NCBI GenBank assembly: GCA_049274945.1
Contig: JBASTP010000006.1
Span: forward strand, 29,944 to 93,943
DNA: 64,000 nucleotides
DNA from: Patescibacteria group bacterium
GTDB taxonomy: Bacteria > Patescibacteriota > UBA1384 > GWA2-35-9 > JBASTP01
Direction: 5' to 3'
The notes under the pieces are model-generated. The model had not been told where the DNA came from, made no database searches, and worked only from the letters and a program-made list of their open reading frames with translations. The position numbers and the translations under genes are program-made. Positions 57,395 to 64,000 of the stretch are shown here, in pieces (the stretch's first letter is position 1; each line of letters opens with the position of its first letter).

Positions 57395-60351
57395 TGAAGA
57401 GATTGTGGCTCGAGTTAGCCGTTATTTTTTTGCTCTCGGCTACCCCGCTCCTATGGTTCCGTGAAGGAAAACTGATCAATGGTGCAGACATCAACTTCCC
57501 GCTCGACCCGGCGGCGAGATTGGTCTCGCGATTACACCTCTATGATCCGACGATTGGCGGTGGGCTCGACATGTCTGGCTCAGCTGGTTCGATTATATTT
57601 CATGGATTCCAAGCGCTGCTCCAGCAGCTTGGCCTTGGTCTCGTCGCGATTGAACAAGTCCAGTTCGTCTTTTGGTTTTTGGTTACCGGCCTGGCGTTCT
57701 ACTTATTCGCTAAATCGTTCGAAAAGTACCTTCCTGTCTCACCGCTCGTCGGGGTACTCTTTTGGCAGTTCAACCCCTACCGAATTGCGACCTGGACCGA
57801 GAGCAATGTCGCGACCCTCGCCGGCCTAACCCTCCTGCCGGCTGCGATAGGACTCATTAATTTCGTGGTGCAACGGAAAATCTCCGAGCGGGTTGCCCTC
57901 ATTGCCCTTGCCGGCGTAACGGTACTTTCTGCCGGGCTGGGTTTGAACCCGCCGGTTATTGTGGTGGTTGGCTTTGCGATTGGCCTCTATTTAATACTTG
58001 CCATCCGGCGCCTTGGACTCCCGGTGCGTTTTGCGGTTACAAGCGTCCTCACCATGCTCGGCATTTCCGCATTCTGGCTCTACCCCACCATCGCCTCGCT
58101 CCTTGCCTCTTCTGGAAAGCTTAGCGCCACTGATCTCAATCTCCTCGACTGGGTTCAGGGACTCTCAAAAAACACGAGCCTTTGGAATGTTATGAGACTC
58201 CAGGGCGCCTGGGACTGGTACGAAGGATGGCAGGGTGAACCGTATATTACCTACGCTCACTCCTACCGCAAGCCAATCCTTGTACTCCTTTCGCTTGTTC
58301 CGGCTTCGCTCGTGATCGGCGGACTCGCTGCAACCATACGCCACAAAAAAACTCGAGTATTCGCCTGGTTTAGCCTTATCCTTATGGTTATTGGCCTTGC
58401 CCTGGGGATGGGCACGCATCAGCCGATGCGCGGAATCTTTACCTTTCTCAAAGACCATCTGCCCTTGTTTTGGATTTTCCGGTCACCATGGTATAAGTTC
58501 ACCCTGCTTACGGTCACCGGCTACGGCCTTATGATTGCCGTTGGGGCGGGCACTTTGGAACATGTGATCAAAGCAAAGGCAGCTCGCTATCTCGTAACAT
58601 TTCTGATTGCCATAAGTTTCATTGGTTTTTCATTTCCCCTGGTAACTGGAGCACTCTTCCCGACTCAAAAGGAGCGTAAACAACTTAACGCCTTCCACGT
58701 AACAATCCCGAACTATGTTTATGAAATGGCCTCATTCCTCAACCAACTACCTGACAAGGCTGGTGTTATCATGCTTCCGGAGGAAACTGCGTTCAACTAC
58801 ACCTGGGGATATGGCTCAGCCGGCGATATCACTAACCATATCATCAACCGGCCAATCTTTTTCTCGCAAAACTTTACCCCAACCGGCCAGCGCAATGATG
58901 CCGAGCTCGCCAAACTTTTTTACCGCCACCTCTACGCCAAGGATCCACGTACCACCCAGTTTCTGCGCCTTGCCAATGTCCGCTATCTCCTCCATAAGCG
59001 CGACTCCAATAAGAGCATCTACAACGACGTTGACAACACTCAGTTTATCCAGGAACGACTGGCGCTCCTACCCGACGTGGAGTTTGTCAAAAATTTTGGG
59101 ATGTGGGACTTGTGGCAGCTCCGAGATGCCCCTTCGCCCGCGGTAGGAGCCACCAGCGATCCACTGGTATTCTACGGCAACCCCCTTTCCTATCTTACCT
59201 TGATCGAGAACCGACCCGAGCTTAAGGACAAAAGCGTGGTGTTTAGCCCACCAGCTAAACTCGCTGGAACGCTCGGCGGGTTTACCCGGTATCTCCCCAT
59301 CGACCTCACGGCATCTCGAGTGGTCAACGACCAAATTGAGACCAATTTAACCGTACCGAGCGCCGGTAACTACGGGCTCTATGCCATTGCCCCGAAACGG
59401 ACAATCGAGCTCACGATTGGCGACCGCCGTTTTACGGTTAAGCCAGCAAGCGGGCGCGAAACACACTGGAACCTAGTGGGAAATCTTGATCTGAGTCAGG
59501 GCACCACTACGGTGACGCTAACCGGACCGCAGCGCCCCTTCAATTTGATCGACGATCCGGCCTTCGGCAGTAGCCTGTCGCTTACCGATCCCTTCAAGCA
59601 GCGTTGGCAGTTTGTTGATGCCTCTGAAGATGCGCCAGGCAAACCAAGCTACGATAGTAAACAAACTCAAGCAGGGATCGAGCTCTCGAGCACAAACCAT
59701 ATCCTGGGCTTGAAACAACACATCGAGAATATTGACCCGGCTGGCCTCTACCTACTCTCGTTCGATTACCAGTATATCGGGGGTAGTGCGCCGGAATTTG
59801 GCTTCTGGCAAACTGAAGCGAACTATGGGGCACCCTCGGGCGAGCTCAGTAAAAGTGGCGCCCTCGAACACTACGAGACAGTGTTTACTCCGGACCCCCG
59901 CACCCGCAGCGCTGATCTCTACTTCTATGCCAGGCCTAAGGAATCGGGACCGACCACCAGTTTTCGCGTCACCAACGTGCGACTCCTCCGACTCTCCGGA
60001 CAGGTCGAGGCATTCTTCCTGGTAGCTGGTGATCCTAACCATAGCGAACCAGCAATCCCGGTGACGGTAAGGAGCGAAACCGCTACAGGATTGAGCTTCC
60101 GAGTAGGCGCCACCGATAAAAAAATAATCGTTCACGCTCCGGTTGCCCATGGCAGTGGCTGGGAACTGAGTGCCAAAGACGCAAAACCAATTGAAACCAA
60201 CTTCTTTGGCTCCGGGTTCATCCTTGATGCCGGGCCGGAGCGGACCCTATCCTTGAATTACACTCCTAAGAAACGCTTGCTTATCGGCGGCTCGATTTCA
60301 TTACTAACGGTGTTAGCCATCCTATGGCCCCTACGACGAAAAAAACGCTAA
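57394..60351 (+). CDS. YfhO/DUF3367-like polytopic membrane glycosyltransferase (paralog 2 of 3)
   Basis: 985 aa. LWNVMRLQGAWDWYEGWQGEPYITYA and FRSPWYKF motifs. Confidence 0.5.
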   Translation: MKRLWLELAVIFLLSATPLLWFREGKLINGADINFPLDPAARLVSRLHLYDPTIGGGLDMSGSAGSIIFHGFQALLQQLGLGLVAIEQVQFVFWFLVTGLAFYLFAKSFEKYLPVSPLVGVLFWQFNPYRIATWTESNVATLAGLTLLPAAIGLINFVVQRKISERVALIALAGVTVLSAGLGLNPPVIVVVGFAIGLYLILAIRRLGLPVRFAVTSVLTMLGISAFWLYPTIASLLASSGKLSATDLNLLDWVQGLSKNTSLWNVMRLQGAWDWYEGWQGEPYITYAHSYRKPILVLLSLVPASLVIGGLAATIRHKKTRVFAWFSLILMVIGLALGMGTHQPMRGIFTFLKDHLPLFWIFRSPWYKFTLLTVTGYGLMIAVGAGTLEHVIKAKAARYLVTFLIAISFIGFSFPLVTGALFPTQKERKQLNAFHVTIPNYVYEMASFLNQLPDKAGVIMLPEETAFNYTWGYGSAGDITNHIINRPIFFSQNFTPTGQRNDAELAKLFYRHLYAKDPRTTQFLRLANVRYLLHKRDSNKSIYNDVDNTQFIQERLALLPDVEFVKNFGMWDLWQLRDAPSPAVGATSDPLVFYGNPLSYLTLIENRPELKDKSVVFSPPAKLAGTLGGFTRYLPIDLTASRVVNDQIETNLTVPSAGNYGLYAIAPKRTIELTIGDRRFTVKPASGRETHWNLVGNLDLSQGTTTVTLTGPQRPFNLIDDPAFGSSLSLTDPFKQRWQFVDASEDAPGKPSYDSKQTQAGIELSSTNHILGLKQHIENIDPAGLYLLSFDYQYIGGSAPEFGFWQTEANYGAPSGELSKSGALEHYETVFTPDPRTRSADLYFYARPKESGPTTSFRVTNVRLLRLSGQVEAFFLVAGDPNHSEPAIPVTVRSETATGLSFRVGATDKKIIVHAPVAHGSGWELSAKDAKPIETNFFGSGFILDAGPERTLSLNYTPKKRLLIGGSISLLTVLAILWPLRRKKR

Positions 60352-62960
60352 TCTCAATTCTGGCCATTGTAGGAATAGTATCCGTTGCGCTTGGCAGTAC
60401 CCGGCCGCTCGTTACCGAGCTCGGTTTTGCCGCGCTCGTCATCCTGAGTATCACCCACCTCGTTGAGTTTCGTACCCTACGAACGAGTCTTTCTAAACCC
60501 AAAACAAACCGATATGAGTGGCCAATTGTCGTAGGATTACTACTCGCTACCGCGGCGATTGCAACACTACCACTCCTTACCAAACCAGGAGTGATTGGCG
60601 GGCGGCACGACTGGGTGCTGCCAGCTCAAAATCTCCGCGGCTACCTCGTAAGCGGCAGCTCAGCATGGTCACCCGCCAACCTGGGTGAATCAAAATTCTT
60701 CTTTCCTACATACCTGCTTGACCTCATGTTCGGGCTTATTGGTTGGCTCGGGGTAACCGGCGCAATAGTCTCAAAAGTGCTGGTGCTGGGCGCCCCGCTT
60801 ATCGCCGGGCTAACTCTCTACAGTTTCGCCCGACGGCTCGGGAGTAACCCCGGCGCGGCATTTGCCGGGGCGCTGCTCTACGCCACTGCCCCGATTCTCT
60901 ATGACAAACTGGTGGCCGGCCACCTGGGCTACCTCATTGCCTATGCCATTGCCCCGCTCTACCTTGCCGAACTGGTCCTTCTTGAACAAAAACCATCCCG
61001 CCAAACGCTGGCTAAAGCGGTCCTCATTTTTGTGGTTGCTTCAGTCCAAATCCAATTTGCGGCGATGCTCACCGGTTTTGCCCTCATCTTTGCCTTACTT
61101 GGCCCGAACCGCCGCCAGGTGTTTCGGCTAATCGGTTGGTCAATCCTTGCCTTCATGGCAGTCCACGCCCCCTGGCTCGCCGCCCACCTTGGCACGATTA
61201 CTACGCAAGCCCGTGAGCTTGCCGGGGATGCCGCCGTGCTCCAATGGATCGAGAGCCTTTCTTCACCGCTCGCCTCAACCCTCAGACTCGCGTCTGCGGT
61301 GCTGCCGTACTTCGCGAACCAAGTTAAGGACCTGTCTTTTTGGCAGCTATTGAGCGGGGTGTTTTTTGCTACCCTCATCGTTAGCCCGAGACTGGTAAAA
61401 TCTCGCCTGGCGAGCTTTTTTGCCTTGACTGCGCTCTTGGGAGTGTTTCTGGCCAAAGGCACTTCTGCCCCGTTCACGAGCTTCTACGTTGAGCTTTTTC
61501 TAAAACTGCCGGCTACGTCCCTTTTTCGCGAGGTCAACCACTGGCTCTTTATCCCGGCGATTTCCTACGCCGTGCTGCTCGCATACCTAACCCACGACCT
61601 AATGGCCCGTGCTAAACAATTTGGGCCGGCGGTCCTTGCCGGGATCCTCGCGCTGACCGTGGTAATCGGTCTACCCTTCTGGCAAGGAAAATTAGGCCAG
61701 GATCTCCAAACCATAACCTATAGCGCGCCTGATCAAGCACTGGCAGGCTTCCTCAAAAAACAGACTGGCCGGATCCTATTTCTACCGGCATACCAAAAGA
61801 ACCGATACCCCGGGAAGCAGTTCGCTGGTTTTGATCCCTTCATCCAGGAATTTGCTGATCGGAGTTTTGAACAGGAGGGAAATGTCCTGGCTAAAACCTC
61901 ACCGGCTTATCGAATGCGCAACCTTATTTTGGCAAAAGTTTACGGAGCCGATGTCACTGGTTTAGCCGGCCTCCTGGCACGCGCTAACGTTGACTACGTG
62001 GTGGTACGCCGCCAAATAGCCGATGAGTTTGTCGCCAACACCCTGGCAAAGGATTTTGGTAATCGCGAGGTCAGTTTCGACCTTCATGTGGCGCAAGAAA
62101 ATCTGCAGTCGGCCGGTCTTACCCTGGTGGCAGAATTTGGGCCCAGCAAGGTGTACCGGGCGCCGGAACCATCGTCGCGATTCTACCTTACCCAAGCCCC
62201 GCTTCCCCAAGATCCCGAGCCGCTCGTCACCGCTCAACCCGCCGACTTTGCCAACCGCTTCTTTGATCCCACCAAGGGATTTGTGAAGAGCTACTACCTG
62301 TGGTGGTACAACCGCCAGTTCGTCAACATCGAGGACCGTGCGGTCCATACCCAAACTAACGCCGAGTTATCCCTGCCATTCAAGGTAACGACCCCCGGCA
62401 TCCTCTATGTGCGCGCCCTCGTCGATCCAAAAGGCGGCGATGTCGCCGTATCACTGGATCAAAAACAAATCGCCACGCTCGATTTGACCGACAGCCCAAG
62501 CCGGTGGCAGTGGTTTGAACTTGGCCTCGTAAACCATGCTGAAACGATTAGCTTAAAGCGGCTCAACGGCGAGGTAACCGTCGGCAAAATAGCGCTCTAC
62601 AGGAATAAAATCGACACCCGGACAACCCCGCCAACCCTCGAAGATTTAGTGCTGCGCGACTACCGACCGCTCGGCTACCAAATCGAAGACTCATCGAAGT
62701 ACCGGCTTTCGGTCTCGACCGATCGGCCGCGCTACCTGGTATTTGCCGAAAGCTACTCGCCCGGCTGGGTGGCGCGCATTGACGGCAAACCCGCGCCCCA
62801 CCGCCGGATCGGTTTTGGCAACGGCTTCCTGATCGAGGAGCCAGGCACCCACGATGTGGAAATCTCGTTTGGCCCGCAGCACTACTACCGGCTGGGCTTA
62901 GCCCTCGCAGGATTCACCTTAGTCCTGCTCCTCGTTGCCTCAATCAAACGCAAGCACTAA
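60324..62960 (+). CDS. YfhO-like polytopic membrane protein (paralog 3 of 3, more diverged)
   Basis: 878 aa. The C-terminus PGWVARIDGKPAPHRRIGFGNGFLIEEPGTHDVEISF resembles the YfhO-family C-terminal pattern. Confidence 0.45.
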   Translation: MAPTTKKTLISILAIVGIVSVALGSTRPLVTELGFAALVILSITHLVEFRTLRTSLSKPKTNRYEWPIVVGLLLATAAIATLPLLTKPGVIGGRHDWVLPAQNLRGYLVSGSSAWSPANLGESKFFFPTYLLDLMFGLIGWLGVTGAIVSKVLVLGAPLIAGLTLYSFARRLGSNPGAAFAGALLYATAPILYDKLVAGHLGYLIAYAIAPLYLAELVLLEQKPSRQTLAKAVLIFVVASVQIQFAAMLTGFALIFALLGPNRRQVFRLIGWSILAFMAVHAPWLAAHLGTITTQARELAGDAAVLQWIESLSSPLASTLRLASAVLPYFANQVKDLSFWQLLSGVFFATLIVSPRLVKSRLASFFALTALLGVFLAKGTSAPFTSFYVELFLKLPATSLFREVNHWLFIPAISYAVLLAYLTHDLMARAKQFGPAVLAGILALTVVIGLPFWQGKLGQDLQTITYSAPDQALAGFLKKQTGRILFLPAYQKNRYPGKQFAGFDPFIQEFADRSFEQEGNVLAKTSPAYRMRNLILAKVYGADVTGLAGLLARANVDYVVVRRQIADEFVANTLAKDFGNREVSFDLHVAQENLQSAGLTLVAEFGPSKVYRAPEPSSRFYLTQAPLPQDPEPLVTAQPADFANRFFDPTKGFVKSYYLWWYNRQFVNIEDRAVHTQTNAELSLPFKVTTPGILYVRALVDPKGGDVAVSLDQKQIATLDLTDSPSRWQWFELGLVNHAETISLKRLNGEVTVGKIALYRNKIDTRTTPPTLEDLVLRDYRPLGYQIEDSSKYRLSVSTDRPRYLVFAESYSPGWVARIDGKPAPHRRIGFGNGFLIEEPGTHDVEISFGPQHYYRLGLALAGFTLVLLLVASIKRKH

Positions 62961-63623
62961 CCCATAGATTACTTTTGGCCTGAGCAGCCTCATCGCCCGG
63001 GCGGCCTCGGCAATCGTCGCACCGGTCGTGGTAACGTCGTCAACAATCACCAGGGTTTTACCGTGAAGCTTGCCGCCCCGCCAGAGGAAACTTTTTGCGA
63101 TATTTTTGCGCCGCTGCCTGCGATCGAGGCCGGTTTGGCTCGGCGTGGGATAGCGTTTTTTGAGCGAGCGTTCCACCGGATAACCGGTCAATCTGCTGAC
63201 CGCCCGGGCAAGGAGTTCAGTCTGGTTGTACCCTCGCTCGAGCCGGCGCCAAAAATCGCCCGGGACCGGGACGAGGACGGCGCTACCACTGATTTTGCCA
63301 CTGATCAACACAGATAAAACCCTGCTGAAAATCTCGGCCAGCTCGGTTACGCCTTCATATTTAAACTTAGTGATGAGCTTTTGAGTGAGATCGTCGTGGT
63401 AGTCAAATGCACCGTACACTGCTCGGAGTGGCCCCTTGTAGTACCGTTTAACCTTGGGCTTGATGATGCCAGCCAAACATTCTTCGCACACCAGAACATC
63501 CGGCACGCCGCAGGAAGCGCAGGACACGGGAAATAGCAAGTCCTTAAGCCAATCGGTACGCCTTGAGGGTACCCCGGGCAGCTCGGGACCACGGATATGT
63601 TTTCGCAATTCGCTGGCCTTCAT
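62940..63623 (-). CDS. comF: ComF-family protein (double zinc ribbon plus phosphoribosyltransferase domain)
   Basis: LLFPVSCASCG...VCEEC, then the PRT motif LVIVDDVTTTGATI. Confidence 0.7.
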   Translation of the reverse strand: MKASELRKHIRGPELPGVPSRRTDWLKDLLFPVSCASCGVPDVLVCEECLAGIIKPKVKRYYKGPLRAVYGAFDYHDDLTQKLITKFKYEGVTELAEIFSRVLSVLISGKISGSAVLVPVPGDFWRRLERGYNQTELLARAVSRLTGYPVERSLKKRYPTPSQTGLDRRQRRKNIAKSFLWRGGKLHGKTLVIVDDVTTTGATIAEAARAMRLLRPKVIYGLVLAFD

Positions 63624-64000
63624 GGGAAAGCTTGGTTGCAAGTTTAGGATCGTTAAGGATCCGTTTTACCGCAGCGGCGATCTCGCGAGGGTCACGTGGG
63701 TTAATAAGCAGTGCTCCGCCGTTAGCAAACTCCGCCATGGCGGAGTTTTTTGAGGTGACCACCGGCACGCCGGCGGCCATGGCCTCGAGCACCGGCAAAC
63801 CGAAGCCCTCGGAGAGTGATGGGTACACCAGCACGGTGGCTTTTCGGTAGGCCTTAAGGAGCTCTTCGTCGCTGGCGCGGGTGAGCTGGGTGATTGGCAG
63901 AAGTTTCGCTACGTCGTCAATATTCTTGCGCGGCCCGCTACCTACGGCCAATATATTAAGCTTTTGAGCTTTTGAGCTTTTGAGCTTTTGAGCAAAAAAA
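63544..64000 (-). CDS. GT4 family glycosyltransferase, C-terminal part (5' end beyond the window end)
   Basis: LAVGSGP...VLVYPSLSEGFGLPVLEAMAAGVPVVTS. The reading frame stays open through 64000. Confidence 0.7.
   Translation of the reverse strand, partial: FFAQKLKSSKAQKLNILAVGSGPRKNIDDVAKLLPITQLTRASDEELLKAYRKATVLVYPSLSEGFGLPVLEAMAAGVPVVTSKNSAMAEFANGGALLINPRDPREIAAAVKRILNDPKLATKLSHEGQRIAKTYPWSRAARGTLKAYRLA
63961..63992. repeat. Perfect octanucleotide tandem repeat (CTTTTGAG)x4 followed by A7, inside the open frame of the GT4 gene
   Basis: Read directly: cttttgag cttttgag cttttgag cttttgag caaaaaaa. Confidence 0.85.

Noticed and set aside
63961-63992. CRISPR array
   Set aside because: It consists of 8-nt units with no spacers. 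This is a simple tandem repeat, and no cas genes are present anywhere in the window.

Overview
This 64-kb window reads as a Patescibacteria/CPR-like chromosome segment (no database search was possible) and is dominated by cell-envelope glycan biosynthesis genes. A short housekeeping block comes first: a UvrD/PcrA helicase 5' end, dnaB, dnaX, rsmH, tRNA-Glu, a DUF62 SAM-hydrolase-like gene and an H+-pyrophosphatase. Two large glycosylation regions follow. The first is a ~14-kb minus-strand operon running from rmlA through rmlC, rmlB, rmlD, a Wzx flippase, a DUF4012 protein, two GT4s, two O-antigen-ligase-like proteins, a GT-C-like membrane protein and an HD hydrolase to a GT2. It is apparently driven by a single near-consensus, almost leaderless promoter carrying a perfect palindromic operator. 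A separate PMT-like (GT39/83) plus DPM-synthase/GtrA pair lies upstream of the PPase. The second is a plus-strand super-cluster with a UDP-xylose pathway (ugd, uxs), a GDP-fucose pathway (gmd, fcl), a CDP-paratose-epimerase-like enzyme, many GT2/GT4 genes, a discoidin-domain GT-C protein and three tandem YfhO-like membrane proteins. Between the two regions sit a tRNA hotspot (tRNA-Arg, two tRNA-Ser, several tRNA fragment copies) and a low-GC cargo block encoding an AlbA_2/HATPase_c_4 protein, two small unknown proteins and two alpha/beta hydrolases. Other notable items are three copies of an unidentified structured intergenic element, a frameshifted free-standing LAGLIDADG endonuclease gene inside the fucose locus, a promoter plus terminator-containing leader ahead of two small Cys-containing ORFs, an in-frame TAG in a P-loop kinase gene, a VapBC pair beside a high-GC orphan gene, and an 8-nt x4 tandem repeat in a GT4 gene at the window edge. 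No CRISPR arrays or rRNA genes were seen. Coordinates come from the supplied ORF track, with starts adjusted by hand where the longest ORF ran over a tRNA or a neighbouring gene. Motif coordinates may be off by one or two bases.
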